NCBI GenBank assembly: GCA_951406725.2
Contig: OX597818.1
Span: 12,276,001-12,340,000 of the forward strand
From: Octopus vulgaris
Lineage: Eukaryota
DNA length: 64,000 bases
Reading direction: 5' to 3'
Below the pieces are notes generated by a model, which was not told where the DNA came from, did no database searches, and saw only the letters and a list, made by a program, of their open reading frames with translations. Shown one piece after another: positions 38,011 to 52,732 of the stretch (position 1 is its first letter; every line of letters begins with the position of its first letter). The position numbers were made by a program, and so were the translations under genes.

Positions 38011-38312
38011 ATCTTTTATCTCTTACTGGTTTCAGCACCGGACTGAGGTCATGCTGGTGCACCACCTGTAGTTACTCGGTTTTGTTTCCGGTATTGCTTT
38101 TGGTGAAGTAGTGAGGTGGACAGAGCTGCTCTTCTTTGCGTCTCCTGCCGCGATGTGGGTTCATTTGGTATCTCAGACAGAAACCCGCCCAGACTTTCCT
38201 TAAAAACTTCTACATCAACACCATGTAGATCTCTAAGGTTGCCTGGCAGGATGTTGAACAATTGCGGACCCTTGAAACCCAGACTATTGCAGTACTGTGT
38301 CCTTATTTTAGA
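38011..38312 (-). mobile_element. 5'-truncated CR1-like LINE 3' end
   Basis: KIRTQYCNSLGFKGPQLFNILPGNLRDLHGVDVEVFKESLGGFLSEIPNEP..., homologous to 39830-40047; stem-loop tail. Confidence 0.85.
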
Positions 38313-39047
38313 TATATATATGTGGTGAAAAAGTTCGATAAAAAAATTCCACGTGGTAAATTGTAGTGCAAAATATAAAAGGAAGGAAACCGCAATGAAA
38401 TTTTTTGTTGGATAATACACACATTGGTGTATTATAAGTGCTTCAGATGATTCCTGTTTTTAAAGGTTAAAAAAAACATATGGCTGTGTTTTTTTTAACC
38501 CCGCCAAGGAGGTTATATTTTTGCCGGCCTTGGTTTGAGAAATTGGGCAATTTTCAGCATGCGTGTATATGGGTGGAAATGGCGGAGGTTTGCACTCTCC
38601 GAGTGCTTTTCTAGTTCTCGTTGAAATGAAAGCAGTCCCTCGTTTAGCTGCACAAGGGAAAGTAGTTGTTGAAATCATGAGTAGTTGGTATATAAATTGA
38701 TCAGGAACGGACAACAGAACAAAGTGGTCATTGTCTATATCAACGGAAACAGTAATTAAGAAATTTTGTGGAATTTTACCCTGATAGAGAAAAAACAGAT
38801 TCAGCTCATTGACAGTATGTTAAACTACTTCCTCATAAAGTTGTTTCCTTAGTCGATTTCTATATAGCATCCACACATGAAATTAACTGCTACATATTGT
38901 CTACCCAAATGAGTAACTGTGTTAGGACAAGAGGGGCTGGTGAAATGACTATTCACCAACACACCTAGATTTCCCCTGAATAACTTGTATTTTCTTTGTA
39001 TGTTGTATTTGAGGTTCATTCTTCTCGCAGATTCAACTTGGCGGGAA

Positions 39048-39245
39048 AGCGGCGAGCGGGCAGAAACGTTAGCACGCAGGGCGATATGCTTAACGGTATT
39101 TCGTCTGTTTTTACGAAATTCCGCCGAGGTTGACTTTGTCTTTCATCCTTTCGGGGTCGATAAATTAAGTACCAGCTGCGTACTGGGGTCGATCTAATCG
39201 ACTGACTCCCTCCCTAAAAATTTCGGTCCTTGTGCCTAGAGTAGA
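39048..39245 (+). mobile_element. SINE family B
   Basis: gcggcgagcgggcagaaacgttagcacgc...ctttcatcctttcggggtcgataaattaagtaccag. Confidence 0.85.
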
Positions 39246-39339
39246 AAAGTACCTATCTGGCGGGATGTTGAAAGGATTAAATAAGCCTCATAGATGATAT
39301 ATTGACATTGAAATTGTGGTGTGAGTATATATAGCATTT

Positions 39340-39477
39340 GCAGCTTGCTCCACAACCACATGATTCCAGGTCTAGTACCACTGCGTGGAACCTTGCGCAG
39401 GTGTCTTCTACTATAGACTCGGGTCGACCAAAGCCTTGTGAGTGGATTTGGTAGACGGAAACTGAAAGAAACCCGTC

Positions 39478-39514
<37 letters not shown>

Positions 39515-39733
39515 TATATGTATGTATTTGTGTGTCTGTGTTTGTCCCCCCACCATCGCTTGACAACCAATGTTGGTGTGTTCACGTCCCCATAACTTAA
39601 AGTTTCGGGAAAAGGGATTTGATAGAATAAGTAGTAGGCTTACAAAGAATAAGTCGATTTGTTCGACTAGAGGTGGCGCTCCAGCATGGCCGCAGTCAAA
39701 TGACTGAAACAAGTAAAAGAAAAATAAAAGAAA
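39340..39733 (+). mobile_element. SINE family A
   Basis: Family A body and tail. Confidence 0.9.
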
Positions 39734-39754
39734 TATATATATATATATAAATTT

Positions 39755-41960
39755 TATTTTAATTTAATTTTTTATCCGTTTCATCTCAAAGCTGCGGCCA
39801 TGCTAGGGCACCACCGTTTTGCTACTCTGTTAATATTGAGAGCCTCCTCTAATATGTGGCATTTGGTGAATAAGGGCGTTTGATGTCGCTTCCCACATTT
39901 GCCCCTTCTGCTGTGAGGTAGGTTCATTTGAGACTTTCGACAGGAAGAGTTTTGATTTGAAAACACCTACATCCACTTTGTGTAGGTTCCTCAGGCTCTT
40001 TGGGAGAATACTAAAAAGCTGAGGGCCTCTGAAACCCAGACTGTTGCGATTAGTTTCGCTCTGACTTTCCGTTCCATGACTTTGCTGATGTGTGAAGTCA
40101 GAGAGATAGGCCTATAATTTTGGTATCTGCTCTGCTGCCTTTAATGATTGGGCATACTATTCCCTCCTTCAGTTTGCTTGGCAGTCTGTCATTTGCAAGA
40201 AAGCTCTGGACAAGAATCTTTAGTGGTTTCACCATGGAACGCTTACACGATTTGAGGAGGATTGCTGGAAAACCATCAGGGCCAGCAGTTGAGTTTGCGT
40301 CCACCCCATCTATGGCCAGTAGTATATCTTCTTCACTAATGTCAATGTAATCCATCGTAACTGCCTCGCTGGTTATAGATGAGGCGGCAAAGAAATCCAG
40401 TGGTTCGATCACTTGTTTGTGTTCGAAAGTGGTGGTAAAGATACTTTTGAACTGGTCATTCAGTACCTCACAAGATCCTGGTTAGACTATCTGTGCGGGA
40501 GCCATCTTTTTGGAAGAGGGGGTCCTGTTTCGTACCGTACTGAGGCTGTTTCTTTGGCATAATGGAAGAAGGCCTTTGGGTTTGACTTAATGTTTTTTTT
40601 ATAAAACAAGCTTCTGGCATATGGAAATATTCTAGTTTCATACCAATGTCTGGTATGGAGAGACATTTCGGCCAGTCCTGTCTGAAGATCTCTTTTTGGA
40701 TCGATTTCCAGTCTGCTTTCTGGAAGTTCAGATTGGAGAGATTTTGAGTGCTTCCTTTAGGCTGTATGTCTCTGGCTACTTTTGTTCCATACATAGACAG
40801 CTCTATTATGTTGTGATCCGAAACTAATGTCAGCGCCACTTTCACATCATGAACGATGTACATATTGTTTGTGAAGCAGAGATCCAAAATATTATTCGCC
40901 CTAGTTGGTCTGCGCATAACTTGCTCCATAAATAGAGCATTGGTGAGGTTGAGCAGGTACTCCATCTGTGCTTGTTTGCAATGAGTCATTCCTGAGAGCA
41001 TGAGGTCTTCAGCCCATTTGACATTAGAGAAGTTGAAATCACCCATAAAAAATACGTGATGTTCCAGTTTCATGAGGATTTATTTAATTCTTGTGAGGCA
41101 ATCTTCAAACTTGCCTATGTGGTTTGGACATCCGGTGGGCGATATGTATTGCATATGATTATATTGTGTTATCTTATGTATACAATTAGAGTGTCACATA
41201 CAGAGTTTGAGTATGACAGTAGGAATTGGGGAGTGAGGTCTTCACGGATGTATACAGCAACTCCACCATGGCTCCTTTCCCTTTTGTCTGTTCGCAGTAT
41301 GATATATTTTGGTACGTGTAATTCTGCATCCTCTATGTCAAGGCTCAGGTGAGTTTCCACGTGTGCTATGCATAGGGCTTGATTGCATACAACAAGGTCT
41401 CTCAGGAAAAAAATTGCTTTTACTTTTGTGATGCAGCAGATCTCGAATATTTAGTAAAAATATTGGCGTGACGACTGTTCAGGCGTTAGGGGAAGCCATC
41501 CCCTGTCTGTTGATTGTCGTGGTCTTGCGCAGTGGTAGGCAAGGTTCATTGTTTGCGCTTGATGAGGCCAGGTCAGCTGCTGCACAATACTTTGCGCCAT
41601 GCACGAAAACGACTGTTTCTCAGCTACTGCCTTGTATATAAAATCTGAAGAGCGTACTGCATTTGTGTACTTTTTCTTTGGAGACGATTGGTGCCTTTCC
41701 TCAGGGAAGTATTTCTCCTTAAGGTGCCTGTAATTTTGGCGGGGTCTAGGGTGAACAAACCGTATTCCCCATGCCAACCTTTGCCTTACACTCTAAATTT
41801 CTCCTCTCCTCTAGGGTTTCGGATTCCATTAGAGCCTCCATATTTGAGTTTACTGTTTTTTTATTTGGTAGTTTGGGGTTTTGGTTTTAGTTGTCTCATC
41901 TTTTCCTATTTCTTTTTCTTTTTCTCCCCTTCCTTCTTTAAGTTTTTGCTCGTGTTCTTT
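39755..41960 (-). mobile_element. CR1-like LINE relic: ORF1 remnant, AP endonuclease, RT start, large RT deletion, 3' end
   Basis: ETHL..RTDKRERSHGGVAVYI..YRPP..MGDFN..PTRANNILDLCFTN..SDHN (APE); AGPDGFPAILLK..GIVCPIIKG..TSHISKVMER (RT start) fused at ~40045-40047 to NSLGFRGPQLF. Confidence 0.9.
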
Positions 41961-42169
41961 CCATTGGCAACATATAAAGACATCTGTATGAAAACAACAC
42001 TTACAGTTTCTATTTATGCGTGCAATTACTGCCTTCTGTGGGAACCTTAATTGGAATTAAGATGCCTGGACTGTGGCATAGTAAAACGTTGTGGAGTTTA
42101 CTCAGCTTCCTTCTAAGTGAGAGTAAAATTACTACTAGAAGTTAGCATCAATGTATGCATGAATGCGTC

Positions 42170-42234
42170 CATCCATTTATTCATCTGTGTGTCTGTCTGT
42201 CTGCCTGTATGTCTATCTATCTTCATACATACCC

Positions 42235-42307
<73 letters not shown>

Positions 42308-42383
42308 CCTTTCTATCTCTCTGTCTGTCTCTCCGTCTCTCTATCTATCCATCTATTCATCTACCTGTCTATTCATATATCTG

Positions 42384-42461
<78 letters not shown>

Positions 42462-42570
42462 AATCTATCTATCTACCTATCTGTCTATCTGTCTATCTGT
42501 CTCTCCGTCTATCTATCCATCTATTCATCTACCTGTCTATTCATCTATCTGTCTGTCTATCTGTCTATCT
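42170..42570. repeat. Compound (TATC/TGTC)n array with a ~172-bp internal duplication
   Basis: ctccgtct..ctatccatctattcatctacctgtctattcat at ~42331 and ~42503. Confidence 0.85.
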
Positions 42571-42914
42571 AACATACATATATACATACATGGATACTTG
42601 GCTGTGTGGTAAGTAGCTTGCTTACCAACCACATAGTTCATATGATGGGGCATCATCACCATAAGTCAAGGTCATATGATGGGGCATCATCACCATAAGT
42701 TACTTTCATTTCATCAAGGGTGCCAATGTATGGTCTAATAAGGGCATAGGATCGGGTGAATTCCTTTTCTTCCGCTCTATCTGCTCAATAGTTCTACAGA
42801 AGCCATTGATCTTCAGTGCAGCTGTGATGATGTTGTTTGGAGGACCGCCGGTAGCAATCGTCCATGTTTGCAACAGAAGATTCAATTCTTTCCCCTTACG
42901 TATATATGTGTATG

Positions 42915-43955
<1,041 letters not shown>

Positions 43956-44349
43956 ACATACATACATACATACATACATACATACATACATACATACATA
44001 CATACATACATACATACATCTTATTTTCTCTTGTACTTGTTTCAGTCATTTGACTGCAACCATGGTGGAGCACCGCCTTTAGTCGAACAAATCGATTATT
44101 CTTTGTAAGCCTAGTACATATTCTGCCCAATCCCTTTTGGGACAAACACAGACACACAAATACATACATACATACATACATACATACATACATAAATTCA
44201 TACATACATACACACACATATATATATATATATAGTTAATTAAATATGCCCTTTGAAAACAAGATGTACTGGATGTCAATTATGTGCTCTAATGTGAAAT
44301 ATGTCTAAGATCTTAAAAGATATTTAGTGATTCATGAGAACGATTATAT

Positions 44350-44560
44350 ATTAGAGACTAAAACAGTAGAATAGTTATATTAATCATAATAAAGATAAGT
44401 ATATAATATTAGCAATATTGTATTAATAAATAAATAAATAAAGTACAGCTGTGATTATTAGAAAGTTTTAAAATATTTATTTATTAATACAATATTGCTA
44501 ATATATGCTTATCTTTATTATGATTTTTAAACCATTACTCTACCACCATTTTACTCTCTA
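44350..44560. repeat. AT-rich inverted repeat
   Basis: atcataataaagataag..tattagcaatattgtattaataaataaata / tatttatttattaatacaatattgctaata..cttatctttattatgat. Confidence 0.8.
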
Positions 44561-44706
44561 ACAATCCTCTTCCAGTTTCCGTCTACCAAATCCACTCACA
44601 AAGCTTTGGTCTGCCCGAGGCCAGACATTTGTCCTAGGTGCCATGCAGTGGGACTGAACCCTGAGCCATGTGGATGGGAAGCAAGCTTCTTACCGTCACT
44701 CCTGCG

Positions 44707-44758
<52 letters not shown>

Positions 44759-44919
44759 TATACATACACTCGCACACACATCTATGTATGTGTATGTGGG
44801 CTAAAGTTGACGATTTGATTTATGTCCACTTTCGTTTGAGGAACATGATGTTTTGGTGCACACTCAACAGTGTAGTAGAGCGTAAAGATAAAAGTTGTAG
44901 TTAGAAAAAGTTAGGAGAT

Positions 44920-45523
44920 ATGGAGGACTGGAAACCATCTGTAAATAGAAGAAAAATTACATGTATCATGATGATTCGCACAGGCTATCAAAATGTCGAT
45001 ATCAAGTCTGCTGCTCAGTGCTCAGCGAACACTGTATGACGTGACTGGACAGCTGCAACCGAAACTACGAAGCCGTAGCCAGCAGGAAGAGACAGAGCAC
45101 ACAGGATGTGTTCTGTGTCTGCACACTGGAATTCCTTCCTGTATCGGTCGGATATGTGAAGCTGTTGGCGACTGTGGTCAATCCCTGGCTGGAGAGAGTT
45201 GCTACTTGAAGGCCATTTGTGTGGCTGTAGGATTCGACTCCTTGCTATACCCCCGGAAAGTGTCATAAATGGTTGTCAGAGAATTTCTACGACTTTTCCA
45301 ATTCCTATTTCTGGCTTCTTAATTCTCTCGATTCTAATCCCATATATTACTACGTGTGGGATGCATTTGAGAAAGACTTTAGCTGCTCTGCCTATTACAC
45401 TAAGGTCGAGCTGGTAGCCAAGATCACGATGTTTGAGGATCTTCCCAAGGTCACATCGAGGAAGTTCCAAAATCGAACCGTATTGATGTCGTAGTGGTAG
45501 CTGAGGATGGCTACTTTGAGTAA
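44920..45523 (+). pseudogene. Internally deleted maT (DD37D-type) transposase relic
   Basis: MEDWKPS.. joined to YVKLLATVVNPWLERVA..VWL*DSTP..KWLSENFYDF..WLLNSLDSNPIYYYVWD..AEDGYFE*. Confidence 0.75.
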
Positions 45524-45627
45524 ACTGCTATCACTATCTCCAATTAAACTGCTTGGGGCTGAAAATAGTTTACTTTGATGCAATAATTGAAATACCCAAT
45601 TTGTAAAGCTTGCGTCTTATTTTTTTC

Positions 45628-45838
45628 TTTTCTACTCTAGGCACAAGGCCCGAAATTTTGGGTGAGGGGGCCAGTCGATTAGATTGACCCCAGTACACAA
45701 TTGGTACTTAATTTATCGACCCCGAAAGGATGAAAACCAAAGTCGACCTCGGCGGAATTTGAACTCAGAACGTAACGGCAGACGAAATACGGCTACGCAT
45801 TTCGCCCGGCGTGCTAACGTTTCTGCCAGCTCGCAGCC
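45628..45838 (-). mobile_element. SINE family B
   Basis: Clean reverse-complement copy. Confidence 0.9.
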
Positions 45839-45867
45839 TTACCTTGTGTCTTATTATGCAGTAAATA

Positions 45868-46167
45868 GTGAAGGTTCATGGCTCAGTGGTTATAATGTCG
45901 GGCTCAAAATCATGAGGTAGTGAGTTCGATTTCCGAACCGGGCTGTGAGTTGTGTTCTTGAGTAAAACACTTTATTTCACGTTGCTCCTGTTCACTCAGC
46001 TGCAAAAATGATTTGCAATGTCACTGAACAACATCGGTGGTGTGGAGAGGGGAGACTTATATGTATGGGTGTTATTATGGTCTTCCATAAACAACCTTGC
46101 TCGGACTTGTGCCTCGGAGGGTAACCTTCTAGGTGTAATCCCATAGTCATTCATGACCGAAGAGGTT
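45868..46167 (+). mobile_element. SINE family D (tRNA-derived)
   Basis: tggctcagtggtta (A box)...gagttcgatttcc (B box), then gttgtgttcttgagtaaaacactttatttcacgttgctcc. Confidence 0.75.
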
Positions 46168-47188
46168 TAATATGATAGAGTAGAAAGCACACGACTTAGA
46201 GAAGAATGAATGTTTGCTTCATTCTGGTTTGAACTGTACTACCGGTTCCCTTTGATATAATTGAAATGTGGTGGAATGGGTTTCAGGGTTTAGAAGATAA
46301 AAGCACGCGGTGTGGAGTGAGAAAGGAAGGATATCGTTCTTTTTATCACTCACACTAAAACACTGTAATTTATTAAAAGAATAATAATTTATACAGAATA
46401 AATCTTTGACATTCCTTTCTTTTCAGTAGTACACAAGCATATCCACACCAATCCACGAAGCACATAGGGGCATCTAAATCGTTTTGATTATATATTTTGT
46501 TTGTCTTGAATGAAATAGATTTATGAGGCTAGAAGCTGTGATACGTAAATGTCGTCTGCTCTATAGCGCATTATATTATAAGTGAAATTCAGTTTTCTAG
46601 TACATGTGCACATTTTCCCGTTTTAGTGAAATATTTCAAAGCTTCTTTACTTAGCAAAACAACTGAGAATCATAACAGAATTAGAAAGTAACTAAGTTTT
46701 GGTAAATTAAATTTTCAGTGTCTTTTATTCCCGCAGAGAAGTGAATTTCGAATTGTTCTTTATTTTGGTGGGTGGGGAGTGGAGAGGAACGAAAGATCGA
46801 ATCTTTATGTTCTTGAATTTTTGAATGATATAATCTATATGTTCATGCACGTGTACGCGTACATGAATATCTGTGTGTCTGTACACACATACATATCTGT
46901 GTGTATGTATGTGGATGTCTGTATATATATATTGAGAATGCAAAATTTGTATGCATATACACATGAATACATGTATTAAACCTCCCTCACACAAACACAC
47001 ACATATATATATGCGTTTGTGTATAAAATATGCATATATATAAATATGTATATGCATAAATATATATACTTATATACGTATATATGTTCATATACACATA
47101 AATGTTTACATATGTATAACAATACGTATATTTTACATATGAGAAATACACACATGCATACACATCGACGCATATACACTGTATATGC

Positions 47189-47335
47189 AGGCGTGGCTGT
47201 GTAGTAAGAAACTTTCTTCCAAACCACATGGCACTTGGTTCAGTCCCACTATCTGGAACCTTGGGCAAATGTCTTATTCTAAAGCCTCGGACCGACCAAA
47301 GCGTTGAGAGTGGATTTGGTAGACGGAAACTGAAA
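47189..47335 (+). mobile_element. SINE family A, 5' half
   Basis: ggcgtggctgtgtagtaag...gtggatttggtagacggaaactgaaa. Confidence 0.85.
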
Positions 47336-47368
47336 TACACACACACATAGACACGGACACATACATAT

Positions 47369-47426
47369 ATTATGCTGATGAAGGAAGTGAATTTGTGTAA
47401 TTCTAATCCAGAAACGCGTCCATAAT
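47369..47426 (+). ncRNA. Type I hammerhead with palindromic helix III (same element family as 320-410)
   Basis: ATTATG-CTGATGA-a-GGA..GAATT-tgtgt-AATTC..TCC-a-GAAA-CGCG-TC-CATAAT; A.A mismatch at the base of helix II. Confidence 0.7.
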
Positions 47427-47741
47427 TAATCGAAGACTGTTTGATTTCGTTAGTTTTAATTCTTTTTGCCTGTGAATTACAAATATTGTTGTCTGTGGTG
47501 TCATATTTGTAGTGAAAATAATTAGCTGTCTTTTGGTTGCTATTTCTAAATTTTCGGTATGTGGTGAAGCAACTTGTTGCAAAACCCTTAATTAGATTTA
47601 TAATCATATATAAAAAAAACTTTTTGTACAAGTTTTTACCGATAATGTTTTTTTTTCATACTGAAACTACTTGGTAAAATTTAGTAATTATTAAATTAAT
47701 AATTCTTTACCCTATATCTGTAATGTATATATACATCTGTA

Positions 47742-47794
<53 letters not shown>

Positions 47795-48073
47795 TATATA
47801 TATTGTGTATGTGTGTATTGTAAATTTAGCTTAAGTAATATTCTATTTGAAGCATTACGGCAAAATATGAACGTATTTAAAGCCAAACTATGCGTTTGAT
47901 AAAAACATAGTTTTTATGACAAGTAGGCCTCGGCGAGGCTTTGTCATATACAACGTGGAAGGTATTAAATAAGATTGTAGCAGAACAGTTAATTTTAATC
48001 TTGTTTTCTAAAAGTTCCTTTTCAAAAAGAAATCAGTTGTATAAAGACAAATAGAAAAGAACAAAGTGAAGTA

Positions 48074-48122
<49 letters not shown>

Positions 48123-48149
48123 AGGCATATTTCTCGATCAGTCTTTTTC

Positions 48150-48400
48150 AAACTCGAACGATGGCTATACGGCAATCAAAAAGTTACGGTGACAGAAATA
48201 TCATTCAGAAATTCCCCTCGGATCAGATGGAGGAACACCTCAACGGCAGGAGTTTGCTTCTGTCTCGGACGCGTCAGAAGCATTCGATTAACTAGAAAAT
48301 ACAGAAGATATGTAAGAATATCTGGAATTCTTGCTGGATGTTGGCGTATTTCAAGTAATTTTATTTCGAGCTGGTATTGTGATATTTGAGTCATTATTAT
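48150..48400 (+). pseudogene. Possible decayed CR1-type RT fragment
   Basis: Across frames: RQSKS..TE..QMEEH..DASEAFD..RYVRISGILAG.W.ISSNFISS; heavily frameshifted. Confidence 0.35.
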
Positions 48401-49049
48401 AGGTTAAATTTCAATGCAGAAAGTAAGTGAAAAGATGTGTATATCACAAAAATACTCTACTGACGGGAGCGGTCGAGATTTCTGTCCGTTTGTCTGCTTT
48501 TCCCTTTGCTGGTTGTGTTCATCTTCATTCTTTTATGTACTGATGATTTCTCTCTGAAAAAAGATCTTTTGATGAAAAATTCAGGAAACAGCAATAAAAT
48601 GCTTTTATTAAACGCAATGCATAGCTTTTAAATTCGTTCGAATTTTACTTAATCTTGTTTGCAAAAGAGCTTGAAAGCAATGTTCGTCTCCGGAAAGTGA
48701 ATAATACACTTTTTGATGGAATTTAACTACCTCATCCAAAAGAAATAGATTGTATCAACAATTTCATATTGACACAATAGCTACTAATAAATCACAATGC
48801 TTCAAATGTCACTGAAAAAATATTCGAAATATATCAAGAGAACTCAACTCGATACATTCAGAGTATACTTTTGTATTCTATGTATTATTCTCTATTGCGT
48901 CGTATACATTTGCCATGTTGGAAAAAAAAAAAGAAAAAGAAACATCAGATGTTGATTTTTCCCATTTATCTGAATGAGGGGGTACTCGTGAATACTGCTG
49001 CTGCTGCCGCTGACGCCGATGTCTTTGCCGCTGCATCTGCCAATGCTTA

Positions 49050-49087
<38 letters not shown>

Positions 49088-49194
49088 TTTTTGTCTTAGT
49101 CGGTTTTCATGCTTTGACGTGAGCGGTCAAAATATCCGAACCTTCGTCTACTTCACCTTTATTTTTTCTTTCATCTCTCCAAATCAATAATATA

Positions 49195-49292
<98 letters not shown>

Positions 49293-49350
49293 TATATATC
49301 ACAATACATATATATCACAATACAACCAATAAATAAATAAATAAATATAT

Positions 49351-49393
<43 letters not shown>

Positions 49394-49394
<1 letters not shown>

Positions 49395-49505
49395 GTGGAG
49401 GCGCAATGGTCCGGTGTTTAGGGTAGTGGACTTGCGGTCGTAGGATCGCGGTTTCGATTGTGTGTGTTTATTGAGCGAAAACACCTAAAGCTCCTCCAAG
49501 CTCCC
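49394..49505 (+). mobile_element. SINE family C, 5' fragment
   Basis: gtggaggcgcaatgg...ggtcgtaggatcgcggtttcgatt...gagcgaaaacacctaaagctcc. Confidence 0.8.
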
Positions 49506-50199
49506 GCACACATATAGACATACACATATACAAATATATTTAAACACATGCATACACACACACATATATATAAACCCGTATGTATACACACACATATATA
49601 CACACATACATACCTACGTACACATACACATGTATACATACACACATACAAACACACTCACACCCACACCCACACATAAGCACCCCTCCAGCTCACATGC
49701 ACCACCACCACCACCACTACCACCAACATCGCTTCCCAATGTCTACGTTCCATGTGGACGCTAAACGACGACGACGACGATGATGATGGATGCATGCGCA
49801 AATATATGGGCACATATAAAGCAGAAAAAGTACACACGCATGGGCATATGTGTGCATATACATATTTATACACACATATATGCATATCCACACACATATA
49901 TACGCACATGTATGCACACATGCGCATGCGTATGTATCACAAACGTATATTTACATATACCTACATACGTATGCATACGTTCACATACACTCATGTATAC
50001 GTATCTATATACTACTCAAGTATTTAAGTTCACATGTACATTGTAGGGAGAGGGGTTAGTAAAATAGTAGTTTACCACTGAGGGTTGTTCTTCTCTTCAA
50101 TGATCGAATAATTGAGAGTGTGGGTGTCATACACTTCTATTTGGATATATATTTTTTTATATAAAAAAGGAGAGGATTTCGTTATATGTTGGAGGGTTG

Positions 50200-50901
50200 C
50201 AATATCATTTTTGTTTGTGTTCAGTAATGGTTTGAACCTCCTGATGAAGAATTCTTCTTTATATTTCTGGAGATGTTCGTTTTCCGACCGTAACGTATAG
50301 AAGAGGAAGATTGTGAAATTTCCCTTTCCGCCTGATGCGAAGTGTTCACTGCAAGTAGTGTTTCTGACAGTGTCTTTATTTTGTTGTTTGTGTACACAAA
50401 CTCTGTCATGTAGTGCTGATCCGGTTTCACCAATGTAGTACTCTTTACATTGTGGGCAAGGTGCACGGTCAATTGAGGTTTTCGCTTTGCATTGACTTTG
50501 AAAACGTCATTGTTTTCAAAGGAGATTTGCCCACCCTCTTCAATGTATTCATAGTTTCCCAGTAGAGGGTCCCCGAATTTTTAAACTAGCATTGTTTCAA
50601 TGTTAGATGTAAATTTCGCCTTGGTGAGCAGCTTTTTAAGTTTGGTGTTTGGTGTCTGCTATATATTATTTGTAAGTCCTTTATGAGTGCATTCATTTTG
50701 GGGGATTGCTGGAGAATTGGGAGATATTGTTTGACGGCTTTCACAATGCTGCAATTCCTTGGGTTGTGAGTTGAGTGACGACCAAAGAAATAACTGTATT
50801 AATCTTCTAATTGTTTTGGGTTTGTTTTTCTCAGTGTTGTCACTGGGATGTTCTGGGCCTTGGAAATAGCTGTATTGATAAGGTTAATCGGATATTCTTG
50901 T

Positions 50902-50902
<1 letters not shown>
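50200..50902 (-). mobile_element. Penelope-like element relic: RT-EN linker and GIY-YIG endonuclease
   Basis: RQEYPINLINTAISKAQNIP..THNPRN..PNLKKLLTKAKF..CPQCKEYYIGETGSALHDRVCVHKQQ..CSEHF..KEEFFIRRFKPLLN (not shown in the ORF track in this frame). Confidence 0.85.
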
Positions 50903-50967
<65 letters not shown>

Positions 50968-51478
50968 TGTATACGTATATATATGTATTTATGTAAATAT
51001 ATGCATATATGTGTATGTATAATTGTATAAAACACACATACACACACCATACACACATCATATACACATACACACACATATATATGCTCTCACCCAGATA
51101 CACATAAACATGAAAAACTAAGAGAAAGAAGCACTTGTAAGTAAAAAGTGGATAATAGATTCTTCAATGGAATTTATGTTAAAAAAGGGGATCAGTGGTT
51201 TTATATTGACTTCATACTTCATAAATTTTTAACCTGAAATATATTTGACTGGTACTCTGCCCAAATGAATGGAGCGAGATCTCAGATGAGATGAGTTTCT
51301 GACATCATCGATTAATTTAGAAGAGGCTTGCACGTTGCAATAGTATTTTTAGTGAAAGAGAGTTAATCCTTCTATGATGTTCTATAGGTGTTACAACTTT
51401 TATTTAGACTCAGTACAACGCAGTTAAAATTGCATTTAACAGTTTCATTGCTAAGCGATTAAAATGAACTAATTATCA

Positions 51479-52198
51479 CTGAATGTACTCGCACATGAAT
51501 AGTTAGTTAATTAACAATAACTATAATTGTGTATGTACACAATTGTATCTATTCTTCATGAACGATTAACTCCATACACATGTTTACACATAATCTGTAC
51601 CTGATTAATTACATTTGCACGCAAATTTGGGTACAGTTACATTCCCACACATTTTCCAGCACGTCTGCACCCAAGCATACACGTATATGAAAGCATTGGC
51701 ATTTACGTTTCTCAGTCTCTTCTCTAGCTTGGGTTTGTACCCGGAGTAAATACACCGCAAAGGAAGTCATTAAATAATACCGCCATCAGCTTAATTTTTT
51801 CAACAATGACGAACAACTGGTTACAGCCGGTAGTCAAGATTGTTATAGATGTGATTAGTTTGTAACTGCTTATTGGATTAAATTACTCCAGTCATTGAGT
51901 AAAATATTAATTGGTTGGCAATAGCCTGTCAATTACTATTTTAGCTTAGTTTCTTTATTAACCGAGTATATGCTAGGGATACAACTTTATCAATTTCTAT
52001 GTTGGTATCAGTGGTAGCAATTTTAAAAATATTTCTCTATGTAGCTAAGACAGTTTAGGGATACTGTTTCGAGAAGCTACTTTTCCGTATGGATAGGAGT
52101 ACAGTATGTAAATGGATAGGTGTACAGTATGTACAGACGTGTGTATATACATAATCGTAATTATTGTTAATTAACTATTCACAAGCGAATACATTCAG
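51479..52198. mobile_element. MITE-like element with ~60-bp inverted termini
   Basis: ctgaatgtactcgc..tgaatagtt..aattaacaataa..tgtatgtacac (51479-51540) is inverted at 52141-52198. Confidence 0.6.
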
Positions 52199-52732
52199 GC
52201 TGTAGTTGAGAAATTTTAACCGGTAGGTACTCAAATTGTAATTAGTGAAATTTGATCGATTTCTACTAGATTTTAATTAGAGAGATGTTCTCGTTGTATA
52301 TCCTCGCAAGCCATTTTGGCAGGCTTGTCGTCAAATATATTTCTGTATAAACAGTATTAGGTATTAAGTCGAACGGTACTAACTTTGTTTTGTTACTGGA
52401 ATCTCATTATACACTCTTTTTCTATTAAGCTCATTGGATACGTAACTGTAAGCTCAATAAAGTTATCATTTCGAGCATTACCAGTTGCTTTGTTGAAAGT
52501 TGTACTTGTGTGAATAGAAATTTCTTATCCATTTAAGTACTTTTGTATATCATCTGTTAAACATACTTTACTATGAAATCCACACGCCCTTACTAAGCTG
52601 TAACATACGAAATGTATTTTAGCAGTGAATCTCTTTATCTTTCATTTACTCTCAATAACGCAATAGATTCACTCTCTGATTATAATTTTCTCTTTCAAAA
52701 TTGACATATAAAATTTACATCTGAAAATTAAT

